A DNA stretch of 64,000 bases from Gammaproteobacteria bacterium (lineage in GTDB: Bacteria > Pseudomonadota > Gammaproteobacteria > UBA4575), in NCBI GenBank assembly GCA_965222615.1, contig CBDCUI010000007.1, positions 704,001 to 768,000 of the forward strand, read 5' to 3'. Made by a program: the position numbers and the translations under genes. Under the pieces are notes generated by a model, which saw nothing but the letters and a program-made list of their open reading frames with translations, was not told the DNA's origin and did no database searches. Positions 39,327 to 49,093 of the stretch are shown here, piece after piece. Position 1 is the first letter of the stretch. Every line of letters starts with the position of its first letter.

Positions 39327-39430
39327 AGGAAGCCCTGATTTATTCTGATACGTTGTTAAAAAATGTCTCAAATTTTTCGACATTTTTTGCCTCGTCTCAG
39401 TCGCTATTGCTAATAAATCAAGGCTTCCTA
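39326..39430. repeat. Palindromic MITE-like interspersed element, short copy A
   Basis: Terminal inverted repeats AGGAAGCCcTGATTTATT...AATAAATCAaGGCTTCCT. Shares 27-nt and 24-nt identical blocks, inverted, with 63461-63596. Confidence 0.85.
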
Positions 39431-40036
39431 GTCCTCTCCAATTTTTGTTTCATCTCCAGAAATTAGATTCTTAATATTACTGCGATGTTTCCAATAAACG
39501 ATTAAGCCAATCACGCAAAGTAAGGCAATTTTCCAAACTTCGTAATTAAAGTACCAAGCAATAATGGGAGTAAGTAACATTGCTATTAAAGCCGCCAAAG
39601 AAGAATAACGAAACATGAAGGCAACAACTAACCAAAAGGCAGACCACACCACTGCTAATGACCAATCGAAACCTAATAAAACTCCAAGTGTAGTTGCAAC
39701 GCCCTTGCCACCTTTAAAACCATAGTAAAGCGGATACATATGTCCCAATAAAGCTGCTAAAGCAGTGGCTATAATTAACTGAGCATCTCCATCGAAGAAC
39801 ATGGCAATAGCTACGGGGATAAAGCCTTTTAATATGTCGCCTAATAAAGTAACTGCTGCAGCCAATTTACCTCCAGTGCGCAGCACATTGGTCGCACCGG
39901 GATTGCCTGAGCCCAAAGTACGAGGATCCGGAAGTCCTTTTACTTGGCTGACTAAAATCGCGCTGTTGATTGAGCCAAGCAAATATGCACCGATTACAAG
40001 TAGAATCTGAACAACAACGTTATCAAAAAAGTTCAT
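39428..40036 (-). CDS. plsY: Glycerol-3-phosphate acyltransferase
   Basis: YLLGSI, GSGNPGATNVLR, GHMYP, GGKGVAT, HRSNI. Confidence 0.97.
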   Translation of the reverse strand: MNFFDNVVVQILLVIGAYLLGSINSAILVSQVKGLPDPRTLGSGNPGATNVLRTGGKLAAAVTLLGDILKGFIPVAIAMFFDGDAQLIIATALAALLGHMYPLYYGFKGGKGVATTLGVLLGFDWSLAVVWSAFWLVVAFMFRYSSLAALIAMLLTPIIAWYFNYEVWKIALLCVIGLIVYWKHRSNIKNLISGDETKIGED

Positions 40037-40050
40037 CCTAAAAATTCACT

Positions 40051-40812
40051 ATGGCGAAACTACATATCTCAAAATTTGGTAAAGGCCCAGATCTAATATT
40101 GTTACATGGATGGGGTTCAAGTTCGAAAGTTTGGCGGTTATGTTTAGAAAAGCTGAGTTTAAATTTTTGCGTGTGGTGTATAGATTTGCCTGGGCATGGA
40201 GAAAGCCATGCAGTTAAGTGGGATTATAGTGTTGCACAAGGTGTGGAAATGTTGGCTCAAAGTTTGCCGAAAACCTGTTCGGTTATAGGTTGGTCACTTG
40301 GTGGTCTGTATGCACAATTATATGCCACACAGTACCCACAACGTGTGAAAAAACTGATGTTAATTGCAAGTATTCCGAAATTTATAGCTGATTCAGGTTG
40401 GCCACATGGAATGCCAAAAGATGAGTTTGAAAATTTTTCTCGACAATTTGTAAAATCCCCGCGCAAAACCTTACAGAAATTTTATTCCCTGCAAGTGTTG
40501 AATACTAATTTATCCAAGAAAACCCATTCAATTTTGCTGAACGCATTATCTAATCAACAAAAACACCTAAACAATATTCAGTGGGGGTTGCATTGGTTGC
40601 GGGATATAGATTTGCGTACAGAAGCAGCTCTTACTGATAGGCCGATTCATATACTACATGGCGATAAAGATGCCATATGTTCATTTTTTGCCGCACAAGA
40701 TATGGTCAAACAGTGGGGCAACACACATTTAGAAAAAATATCGAATGCTGGTCATGCACCCTTTATTTCACATTTAAATCAATTTCTAAAACAAGTTGAA
40801 GCTTGGTGTTAA
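40051..40812 (+). CDS. bioH: Pimeloyl-ACP methyl ester carboxylesterase
   Basis: LLHGWG, DLPGHG, GWSLGG nucleophile, AGHAPFISH. Upstream of bioC. Confidence 0.88.
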   Translation: MAKLHISKFGKGPDLILLHGWGSSSKVWRLCLEKLSLNFCVWCIDLPGHGESHAVKWDYSVAQGVEMLAQSLPKTCSVIGWSLGGLYAQLYATQYPQRVKKLMLIASIPKFIADSGWPHGMPKDEFENFSRQFVKSPRKTLQKFYSLQVLNTNLSKKTHSILLNALSNQQKHLNNIQWGLHWLRDIDLRTEAALTDRPIHILHGDKDAICSFFAAQDMVKQWGNTHLEKISNAGHAPFISHLNQFLKQVEAWC

Positions 40813-40816
40813 TTGC

Positions 40817-41692
40817 ATGGCCAATGTAAAAATTAACAAAAAGCACGTACGCAAGGACTTCTCTAATGCTGCATGTAGCTATGATGAAGCAGCCATTGTG
40901 CAGCACGAAATATGTGATCGCACTTTGGAAAGAGTTGATATGCTCAATAAACAACCACTATCGATTTTAGATATAGGGTCGGGTACCGGTCGTAGTTTAC
41001 AAGGGCTTAGATCTCGTTTTCCCAATTGCACTCTCACCGCATGTGATTTTGCCTTACCCATGCTAGAGCAGTGTAAACAAGGGTTATATAGTAAATACCA
41101 AACCCATTTGGTATGTAATGATGCAGAACAGTTGGCTTTTGCAGATGCAAGCTTTGATCTGATATTTTCTACTTCTACGTTTCAATGGTGTACTGATTTG
41201 AATCAAGTATTGTCAGAGTGCATGCGCGTATTATGTAACAATGGCGTACTGATTTTTTCTACTTTTGGGCCAGATACTTTGGTGCAGTTACGCAACAGTT
41301 GGGCGCAAGTGGACGATTTTGACCATGTACATAAGTTTATGGATATGCATGACATAGGAGATTTATTGCTTGCCACTCAATTCTTAGATCCGGTAGTCGA
41401 TATGGAAACAATAGATGTACAGTATCCATCCTTACGGCAATTATTACAGGATTTAAAAGACACAGGGAGCCGCGGGAAATTTACTAATATTGTGGCCTCG
41501 AATACTAAAGGACTGATGAGTAAACAAAAATACCAGCGTTTGCAACAAGCCTATGAAAGTTACCGTCAAAAAAATGGACTACTACCTGCAAGTTATGAAG
41601 TGATTTACGGCTATGCCCGTAAGCCTGATGGTGGGCAATCAAAAAATAAGAATCAAGAATACAAAGTGCCAATAAGCGATATAGGAAGATAG
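40817..41692 (+). CDS. bioC: Malonyl-ACP O-methyltransferase
   Basis: FSNAACSYD, LDIGSGTG, FSTFGPDTL, FMDMHDIGD, ASYEVIYG. Confidence 0.93.
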   Translation: MANVKINKKHVRKDFSNAACSYDEAAIVQHEICDRTLERVDMLNKQPLSILDIGSGTGRSLQGLRSRFPNCTLTACDFALPMLEQCKQGLYSKYQTHLVCNDAEQLAFADASFDLIFSTSTFQWCTDLNQVLSECMRVLCNNGVLIFSTFGPDTLVQLRNSWAQVDDFDHVHKFMDMHDIGDLLLATQFLDPVVDMETIDVQYPSLRQLLQDLKDTGSRGKFTNIVASNTKGLMSKQKYQRLQQAYESYRQKNGLLPASYEVIYGYARKPDGGQSKNKNQEYKVPISDIGR

Positions 41693-41851
41693 ATAATTTA
41701 GTTTGATAACGATATAAGTGTTCATAAAATATCCGTAGAGAAAGACTATCTCTACTGGCTAGCAGCATAGCTATTAAATTTTACTTATGGAGAGATACAA
41801 TTAGGGAAATAGTTGATGCTAAATGTATAGTAGTTATTAAAGATTTTTAAT

Positions 41852-42337
41852 TTGATGATTGCGACTAAAGTTTCTAGCCCTACTCAATTTATAGTACAAC
41901 GTAACCAATCGCTTTCATGGTATGGAAATAAGGTATTTATTGCCTATATGGCGATATTATTACTAGGGATCGGCTGTATATTTGCGTATTTAGGGATGTG
42001 GCTAATATTACCGTTTGCAGGATTGTACGTACTAGCCCTTGCTATCGGGTTGTATGTTTGTTGTTTGCGTAGTCATGATCGCGAAGTGATTACGATTGAT
42101 GAAGAAAAATTGTTAGTTGAAAAAGGCAGAATAAAACCAAGACAACAATGGAAATTTGATCGAGCCTGGCTGCAACTAGAATTAAAGAAACCGCTTTATA
42201 ATGGTTATCCTAGTAAGTTAATGGTTCGCTCAAAAGGAAGAGAATGCGAAATCGCTAAGCACTTAACCAATGATGAGCGAAAAAGTTTGGCGCAATCAAT
42301 TGTTGAGGTGCTACAGATACCACTGATTAATAGATAA
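41852..42337 (+). CDS. DUF2244-family membrane protein
   Basis: RNQSLSW, G.WLILPFAG, C-terminal LTNDERKSLA. Usual position upstream of coxB. Confidence 0.8.
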   Translation: MMIATKVSSPTQFIVQRNQSLSWYGNKVFIAYMAILLLGIGCIFAYLGMWLILPFAGLYVLALAIGLYVCCLRSHDREVITIDEEKLLVEKGRIKPRQQWKFDRAWLQLELKKPLYNGYPSKLMVRSKGRECEIAKHLTNDERKSLAQSIVEVLQIPLINR

Positions 42338-42361
42338 AGTTTGTAATTGGGATTGTATTAA

Positions 42362-43198
42362 ATGAAACAAAAAACTTGGATTAAACGCATAAGCTATAGT
42401 TTATTGACTGTACTAGTTATTTTTAATTCACAATTAGTGTGGGCTGTGCAGCCTTACAATATGCCTGAAGGTGTTACCGCAGCGAGTAAGACGGCATTTG
42501 ATTTACATATGCTTGTTTTTTACATCTGTTGCGGGATAGGTGTAGTGGTATTTTCAATATTGACTTATTCAATTGTGATGCACCGTAAATCTATAGGGCA
42601 TAAGCCTGCCGTTTTCCATGAAAGTTTAGTCTTAGAATTTCTTTGGACTATTATTCCATTTGCAATTTTAATTGTGATTGCGATTCCTGCGGCGAGAGCA
42701 CTTATTGAAATGGAAGATACAACCAATTCAGATATGACAATTAAGATAACTGGTTATCAATGGATGTGGCGCTATGAGTATATTGATCACGACATTGATT
42801 TTTATAGTGTACTAAGTACGCCACGTGGAGAAATCTATAATAAGCAACAAAAAAACGAGAACTACTTGTTAGAAGTTGATAACGAATTGGTAATTCCCAT
42901 AAATCATAAAGTGCGAATTTTGCTTACCTCAAATGATGTAATCCACGCATGGTGGGTACCTGAACTCGCGTTTAAAAAAGACGCCATTCCTGGTTATATC
43001 AATCAAGGTTGGACCGAAGTTACCAAGCCTGGTGTTTATCGCGGCCAGTGTGCCGAACTTTGTGGGCGTGATCATGGCTTTATGCCGATAGTGGTACGTG
43101 CTGTAGAGCCAGAGGAATTTGAGCAATGGGTTGCAGAACAGAACGTAGATAAAAATTTAGCTGCTAATGAGCGTGCAGCCAATGTCTTAACAGATTAA
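42362..43198 (+). CDS. coxB: Cytochrome c oxidase subunit II
   Basis: GYQWMWRY, DVIHAWW, GQCAELCGRDHGFM CuA motif. Confidence 0.97.
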   Translation: MKQKTWIKRISYSLLTVLVIFNSQLVWAVQPYNMPEGVTAASKTAFDLHMLVFYICCGIGVVVFSILTYSIVMHRKSIGHKPAVFHESLVLEFLWTIIPFAILIVIAIPAARALIEMEDTTNSDMTIKITGYQWMWRYEYIDHDIDFYSVLSTPRGEIYNKQQKNENYLLEVDNELVIPINHKVRILLTSNDVIHAWWVPELAFKKDAIPGYINQGWTEVTKPGVYRGQCAELCGRDHGFMPIVVRAVEPEEFEQWVAEQNVDKNLAANERAANVLTD

Positions 43199-43226
43199 AT
43201 ATTAAAAAAGCTTAGGAGTTTAAATC

Positions 43227-44852
43227 ATGTCAACTGTGGCAGCAGAGGAACACCACGAAGAACATCCATCCGGCATTATGCGCTGGATTACCACTACCAA
43301 TCATAAAGACATTGGAACTTTATATTTGTGGTTCGCATTGATCATGTTTTTTGTTGGTGGGTTCATGGCCTTGATCATTCGTGCAGAATTATTTGAACCT
43401 GGTTTACAATTTGTAGATCCACAGTTTTTCAATTCTATGACTACTCTGCATGCCCTGATTATGGTGTTTGGAGTGGTCATGCCTGCATTTACTGGCTTTG
43501 CGAATTGGATGATTCCGATGATGATAGGTGGCACCGATATGGCTTTGCCGCGCATGAATAATTGGAGTTTTTGGATCCTACCGTTTGCATTTGCCATGAT
43601 CAGTTCCACCTTGTTTATGGACGGTGGTGGTCCAGCAGGTGGCTGGACATTATATCCGCCACTTACTTTACAAACTGGTGATGCACTGCCCTTTGTGGTT
43701 TTCTCGATTCACTTTATGGGCATGTCTTCGATTATGGGTGCCATCAATGTTATCGCAACGATCTTAAACATGCGCGCACCGGGGATGACCTTGATGAAAA
43801 TGCCATTGTTTGTGTGGACCTGGTTAATTACGGCATATCTATTAATTGCAGTAATGCCTGTGCTTGCTGGTGGCGTAACAATGTTGTTAACAGATAAGTT
43901 TTTTGGTACTAGTTTCTTTAATGCCGCGGGGGGCGGTGATCCAGTATTGTTTCAACATATCTTTTGGTTTTTTGGTCACCCGGAAGTTTACATACTAATT
44001 CTGCCTTCTTTTGGTGTGATTTCGACCATCGTACCGACCTTTTCACGTAAACCACTATTTGGTTACTCATCCATGGTATATGCCTCAGCGTCTATTGCGT
44101 TTCTATCTTTTATTGTATGGGCGCATCACATGTTTACAGTAGGTATGCCATTGGCGGGTGAGTTGTACTTTATGTTTGCCACCATGCTTATTGCGGTGCC
44201 TACAGGGGTGAAGGTGTTTAATTGGGTTGCCACCATGTGGCGGGGAGCATTGACATTTGAAACTCCGATGTTATTTGCTATTGCATTTATCGTGCTATTC
44301 ACTATTGGTGGATTTTCCGGCTTGATGGTGGCACTTGCGCCAGCTGATTTTCAATACCACGATACCTATTTTGTCGTGGCACATTTTCATTATGTGCTAG
44401 TACCTGGAGCGATTTTTGCAATCATCGCTGCAGCTTATTACTGGTTGCCTAAATGGACGGGTCATATGTACAACGAGACCCTGGGCAAAACCCATTTCTG
44501 GTTATCTACAATTTTTGTGAACGTTACCTTCTTTCCAATGCATTTTGTTGGCTTGGCAGGTATGCCACGACGCATCCCCGATTATGCATTACAGTTTGCA
44601 GACTATAATCTAATTGCTTCAATTGGTGCCTTTGGATTTGGTTTTGCACAACTGATTTTTTTATGGATAGTTATTCAAACTATACGAGGCGGAGCGAAGG
44701 CGACGGATAATGTTTGGGAAGGTGCAGTGGGTTTAGAATGGACCTTGCCATCACCACCGCCATATCACAGTTTTACAACTCCTCCGAATGTAGAAGGCGA
44801 ATGGAACTGGTTTACACATGAACACGTTGAAACAACAAAAACGCGGAGTTAA
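43227..44852 (+). CDS. coxA: Cytochrome c oxidase subunit I, A1 family
   Basis: [16 protein letters not shown] (Glu and cross-linked Tyr present), WAHH, AHFHY. Confidence 0.98.
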   Translation: MSTVAAEEHHEEHPSGIMRWITTTNHKDIGTLYLWFALIMFFVGGFMALIIRAELFEPGLQFVDPQFFNSMTTLHALIMVFGVVMPAFTGFANWMIPMMIGGTDMALPRMNNWSFWILPFAFAMISSTLFMDGGGPAGGWTLYPPLTLQTGDALPFVVFSIHFMGMSSIMGAINVIATILNMRAPGMTLMKMPLFVWTWLITAYLLIAVMPVLAGGVTMLLTDKFFGTSFFNAAGGGDPVLFQHIFWFFGHPEVYILILPSFGVISTIVPTFSRKPLFGYSSMVYASASIAFLSFIVWAHHMFTVGMPLAGELYFMFATMLIAVPTGVKVFNWVATMWRGALTFETPMLFAIAFIVLFTIGGFSGLMVALAPADFQYHDTYFVVAHFHYVLVPGAIFAIIAAAYYWLPKWTGHMYNETLGKTHFWLSTIFVNVTFFPMHFVGLAGMPRRIPDYALQFADYNLIASIGAFGFGFAQLIFLWIVIQTIRGGAKATDNVWEGAVGLEWTLPSPPPYHSFTTPPNVEGEWNWFTHEHVETTKTRS

Positions 44853-44928
44853 ACGTACGGCGATACTACTTGCCGTAGTTGTATTGATTTTTTATATAGG
44901 CTTTTATTTTTTAATGGCAGGTAAATAA
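44818..44928 (+). CDS. Small 36-aa single-TM protein ([36 protein letters not shown]), putative cytochrome oxidase small assembly protein; not in the ORF track
   Basis: ATG 44818 overlaps the coxA end, TAA at 44926-44928. Basic N-terminus plus TM. Fills the coxA-ctaG gap. Confidence 0.7.
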   Translation: MNTLKQQKRGVKRTAILLAVVVLIFYIGFYFLMAGK

Positions 44929-44936
44929 TTAAAACC

Positions 44937-45509
44937 ATGAATACATCTCCTAAAAAGATAGTATTGACGCTAGGTGTAGTTGTGGTAGCTATGTTTGGTT
45001 TTGGTTATGCGCTGGTGCCTTTGTATGACTTATTATGCGATGTGACGGGCTTAAATGGAAAATCAGAAACCGTAACACAACCGCAGACAGCGTCATTTGA
45101 AGTAGATGACTCACGTACAATTACCGTTGAATTTATCACTAATCTCAATCAAGGCATGCTGTGGGATTTCAAGCCGGCCGTAACTAAAATGCAAGTTCAT
45201 CCTGGCAAAGCCTATCAAACTAGCTTTTTTGTAAACAATAAAACCAATCGAACCATGATTGGCCAAGCCGTTCCAAGTGTGGCTCCGTTCGCGGCTGCCA
45301 ATCACTTTGTTAAGACAGAGTGTTTTTGTTTTTCAAACCAAACACTACAAGCGGGCGAAGAGCTTGAAATGCCAGTCGTGTTTGTAATTAATCCAGCATT
45401 ACCTGAGAGAGTAAAGACAGTTACGCTCTCGTACACATTTTTTGATATAAGTAATTCAGCTGAAAATATAGATAAAAAAGATTTAAGCAATTCAAACCAA
45501 AAAACATAG
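44937..45509 (+). CDS. ctaG: Cytochrome c oxidase assembly protein Cox11/CtaG
   Basis: FGYALVPLYDLLCDVTGLNG, KTECFCF, TLSYTFF. Confidence 0.95.
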   Translation: MNTSPKKIVLTLGVVVVAMFGFGYALVPLYDLLCDVTGLNGKSETVTQPQTASFEVDDSRTITVEFITNLNQGMLWDFKPAVTKMQVHPGKAYQTSFFVNNKTNRTMIGQAVPSVAPFAAANHFVKTECFCFSNQTLQAGEELEMPVVFVINPALPERVKTVTLSYTFFDISNSAENIDKKDLSNSNQKT

Positions 45510-45521
45510 TAAGAGCAAAAT

Positions 45522-46394
45522 ATGGCACACGCAGAAAGTAATTATTACATCCCACATGGAAGTCATTGGCCTTTTGTAGGCTCCATTGCAATTTGTAGTC
45601 TTATGGTTGGAATTTCAAACTTTCTCAATGGCGATACTTGGGGAAAATGGCTAATAATAATCGGAGCATTGATTTTATTAGTTATGTTATTTGGTTGGTT
45701 TGGTTCGGTTATCAGAGAAAGTGAGTCAGGCACCTATAATCAGCAAGTCGATGTCTCATTTCGTTGGGGTATGTTTTGGTTCATCTTCTCCGAGGTGATG
45801 TTCTTTGCAGTTTTTTTTGGTACTCTTTTTTATGTGCGTATCTATGCATTACCTTGGTTAGGAGGTGAAGGTTCCGGTGCACTTACCAACAACTACCTAT
45901 GGCCAGGGTTTGAATCTATTTGGCCGTTGACGGCAAATGGCCCGGCTGAAATCGGTGGTGATTTTAAACCCATGGCGGCATGGGGCTTGCCGGCGATTAA
46001 TACTGCAATCTTGCTCACTAGCGGGGTCACCATCACGTGGGCACATCATGCTTTAAAAGCCAACCATCGTGGACAACTTATTCTTGGATTGTTTTTAACC
46101 GTTGCTTTGGGTGCGATATTTGTCGTACTTCAAGGAATAGAATATTACGAGGCTTATCATCACTTGGGTTTGACATTGGGTTCAGGTATTTATGGCTCAA
46201 CGTTTTTTATGCTAACTGGGTTTCATGGTTTTCATGTGACCTTGGGGGCCATAATTCTGGCTGTGATACTGATACGTTGTATATTCGGCCATTTTAAACC
46301 CGAACATCATTTTGGGTTTGAAGCTGCAGCATGGTATTGGCACTTTGTGGATGTAGTATGGTTGGGCTTATTTATATTCGTATACTGGCTATAA
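45522..46394 (+). CDS. coxC: Cytochrome c oxidase subunit III
   Basis: FIFSEVMFF, NTAILLTSG, TGFHGFHV, WYWHFVDVVW. Confidence 0.97.
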   Translation: MAHAESNYYIPHGSHWPFVGSIAICSLMVGISNFLNGDTWGKWLIIIGALILLVMLFGWFGSVIRESESGTYNQQVDVSFRWGMFWFIFSEVMFFAVFFGTLFYVRIYALPWLGGEGSGALTNNYLWPGFESIWPLTANGPAEIGGDFKPMAAWGLPAINTAILLTSGVTITWAHHALKANHRGQLILGLFLTVALGAIFVVLQGIEYYEAYHHLGLTLGSGIYGSTFFMLTGFHGFHVTLGAIILAVILIRCIFGHFKPEHHFGFEAAAWYWHFVDVVWLGLFIFVYWL

Positions 46395-46496
46395 AAAATA
46401 TCTCTTAGTAAAAGCACCTATTATTTTTAAATACATCTATAGATGATATGTCTTTGGCTGTGCTCGCGGCAGCTTTTTTCTATGTTTTCAATTTAT

Positions 46497-46706
46497 CTAG
46501 CCTGAAATTCCGTGTGGTTGAATAAGCCCAGTAAAATATCCAATGATGAGTAACAAAAATGCGATTAGTGAGATTGCAATTCGTAATGTCAACGCATTGG
46601 CGGTACGTTTTGTTTTGCCTTTATCTGTAACTAAGTAAAACAGACCAGATCCGAGACTGAATAAAATAGCAATAAATAGTATGACGACAAAAATTTTGAT
46701 TAACAT
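46497..46706 (-). CDS. Twin-transmembrane small protein (DUF2909)
   Basis: SLGSGLFYLV.DKG, ALTLRI, GLIQPH. Typical antisense position between coxC and SURF1. Confidence 0.88.
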   Translation of the reverse strand: MLIKIFVVILFIAILFSLGSGLFYLVTDKGKTKRTANALTLRIAISLIAFLLLIIGYFTGLIQPHGISG

Positions 46707-46742
46707 GTTGAGCTTTATCTTATTCGTTTAATTTTCTACGCT

Positions 46743-47480
46743 ATGACTACAAATAATACTTGGCGAAAGCCCTCATGGCTAATAACAAGCATTACTGTAC
46801 TGGGTGTTTTTTTTCTAAGCTGCTTGGGCGCCTGGCAATTACAGCGAGCGGAAGAAAAGAAACAGATCATACTTGATATTAAACGACAAAATAATTCTAA
46901 TCCTGAAAAACTTGAATTACCCATTGATGATGTAACGGCCTTGAGATTTAAAAAAGTTGAACTTCAAGGACATTACATACCGTCACGCCAATTTGTATTA
47001 GACAATCAAGTGCTCGATTACCAAGTGGGCTACAACATATTAACGCCGTTTATGTTGTATGGCTCAAAGCTTGTGGTGTTAGTAGATCGAGGTTGGGTAG
47101 CGCTAGGCCCATCCCGTAAAAGTCTTCCTAACATTGATATTGATGGTGAACTGCGAACTGTCGTTGCAACTGTATACGTACCGTTTGGTGAACCGTATAC
47201 CTTAGGAGAAATCGATAATGGTGAAACAGATTGGCCACGATTAATTCAATATCTGGACTTTGCTGCGCTTGAAACACGTCTCGAACATAAATTGTTACCG
47301 TTAACGTTACGTTTAGAAGCCGGCCAAGATAGTGGTTTTATAACCAAGTGGCCAACAGCCACGCTTACACCGAAACGCCATCTGGCGTATGCAGTACAGT
47401 GGTTTGCGTTGGCAATTACACTGTTAGTAATCTTTATCGTGTTGCATATGCCAAGACAGTCTAAGGAATCAAGCAAATGA
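46743..47480 (+). CDS. SURF1-family protein
   Basis: LGAWQLQRAEEK, VLVDRGWV, HLAYAVQWF. Confidence 0.93.
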   Translation: MTTNNTWRKPSWLITSITVLGVFFLSCLGAWQLQRAEEKKQIILDIKRQNNSNPEKLELPIDDVTALRFKKVELQGHYIPSRQFVLDNQVLDYQVGYNILTPFMLYGSKLVVLVDRGWVALGPSRKSLPNIDIDGELRTVVATVYVPFGEPYTLGEIDNGETDWPRLIQYLDFAALETRLEHKLLPLTLRLEAGQDSGFITKWPTATLTPKRHLAYAVQWFALAITLLVIFIVLHMPRQSKESSK

Positions 47481-48070
47481 AAAAACAGACATTAAACCGA
47501 TTATACCTGTTGGCGTTATTTGGGGTATTTTTTGTGCCTATGTTGGTTGCCATGTGGATGTATTTTGGTGCGGGTAGTTGGTTGACGACACAAAAACAAA
47601 ATCATGGTGTATTAATACAACCCCCTCGACCATTAAACGAATTTAGCTTAACAGCGGATAATGCAACTACTTGGACACAAGAAAAATTTTTAGATAAGTG
47701 GACACTTTTGTATTTAAGCGATGGCAGCTGTGATTTATATTGTGAAGCAAGCTTATTTAAGATGCGGCAAGTGCAACTATCATTGGGGCGGGACGGTTCG
47801 CGTATTCAACGTAAATATTTTAGTATTGGAAAAAACTTGAATAAAAAAGGCCTGCAAGAAATTTTTGCAAGATATCCAAACATGCAAAATGCTTGGTTTG
47901 ATCCAGCCGTATTTCGTATACAGTTGCCTCAGTTTCAGGATTTGCATAAACATTCTATTTACATTATTGATCCGCTTGGGAATTTGATGATGGTTTACTC
48001 CAAGCACGCGACCTCTAAAGGTATAAAGAAAGATTTAAAACGGCTGCTAAAGGTTTCAAGAATTGGCTGA
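47477..48070 (+). CDS. Cox-cluster membrane-anchored thioredoxin/SCO-like protein
   Basis: TM, NHGVLIQP, CDLYC, IIDPLGNLMM, DLKRLLK. Confidence 0.8.
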   Translation: MKKQTLNRLYLLALFGVFFVPMLVAMWMYFGAGSWLTTQKQNHGVLIQPPRPLNEFSLTADNATTWTQEKFLDKWTLLYLSDGSCDLYCEASLFKMRQVQLSLGRDGSRIQRKYFSIGKNLNKKGLQEIFARYPNMQNAWFDPAVFRIQLPQFQDLHKHSIYIIDPLGNLMMVYSKHATSKGIKKDLKRLLKVSRIG

Positions 48071-49082
48071 CTTACAAGTATCCAAGTTATTTCATCGAGT
48101 AGCTGTGTTTGCGTGTCTGCTGGCATTTGCTGTAGTGGTATTGGGTGCTTATACGCGTCTCTCAGATGCCGGACTCGGTTGTCCCGATTGGCCTGGCTGT
48201 TATGGTCATTTGCTGGGTGTACCAGAATCGACACAAGAGATTCAACAAGCTGAAACCGAATTTCCGCAACGCGCGGTAGAGAAACATAAAGCCTGGAAAG
48301 AAGTCATACATCGCTACTTTGCCGGCACGTTGGGCTTAGTTATTTTATGGCTGGCAATACTGGCCTGGAAAAATAGAAAGCTTACGCATCAGCCAGTAGC
48401 ACTACCGATATTTTTAGTAGCACTAGTGATATTTCAAGCTTTACTTGGAATGTGGACGGTAACTTTGTTATTAAAACCAGTGATCGTAATGCTGCATCTA
48501 TTAGGAGGTCTTGCCATATTGTCATTGCTTTGGTGGTTGGCGTTAAGTACCGGTTCGAGATCTCATGTTGTCGCACAAAACACCGTTGGAAATTTTGGTC
48601 CTGCGATCGTGTTTGGTTTGATACTTTTACTCGGGCAAATTTTTCTAGGTGGTTGGACCAGTGCCAACTATGCGGCCTTGGCTTGCACTGATTTCCCCAC
48701 CTGCCAAGGACAATGGTGGCCAGCTACTGATTTTAAAGAGGCCTTTGTGTTTTGGCGTGGGCTAGGGATTAACTATGAATTTGGGGTGTTAGAAAATCCG
48801 GCACGAACTGCCATTCATATGAGCCATCGCATCATGGCAATCGTTGTTGCAGTGTATTGGTTGTATCTGCTGTTCCATTTGTTACGCAGTCGTGAGACAT
48901 ACACAGTACGGACTGCGGCAATAGTTACCTTAATAGTATTATTAGTTCAGTTGGTACTTGGTGTTTCCAATATTGTTTTGCATTTACCCATTGCAGTTGC
49001 TGTTATGCATAATGCTGGTGCTGCTTTACTATTACTTAGTGTGATCAGTCTTTTGTATTTTTCTAAACTGAGGCAGGCCTAG
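48063..49082 (+). CDS. ctaA: Heme A synthase (COX15/CtaA)
   Basis: LGAYTRLSDAGLGCPDWPGC, EVIHRY, HLLGG, ACTDFPTC, HNAGA. Confidence 0.93.
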   Translation: MADLQVSKLFHRVAVFACLLAFAVVVLGAYTRLSDAGLGCPDWPGCYGHLLGVPESTQEIQQAETEFPQRAVEKHKAWKEVIHRYFAGTLGLVILWLAILAWKNRKLTHQPVALPIFLVALVIFQALLGMWTVTLLLKPVIVMLHLLGGLAILSLLWWLALSTGSRSHVVAQNTVGNFGPAIVFGLILLLGQIFLGGWTSANYAALACTDFPTCQGQWWPATDFKEAFVFWRGLGINYEFGVLENPARTAIHMSHRIMAIVVAVYWLYLLFHLLRSRETYTVRTAAIVTLIVLLVQLVLGVSNIVLHLPIAVAVMHNAGAALLLLSVISLLYFSKLRQA

Positions 49083-49093
49083 CTTGGTAAGAT

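Noticed and set aside
41810-41830. FNR box upstream of the cox cluster
   Set aside because: Only the TTGAT half-site is present. The second half does not match ATCAA.
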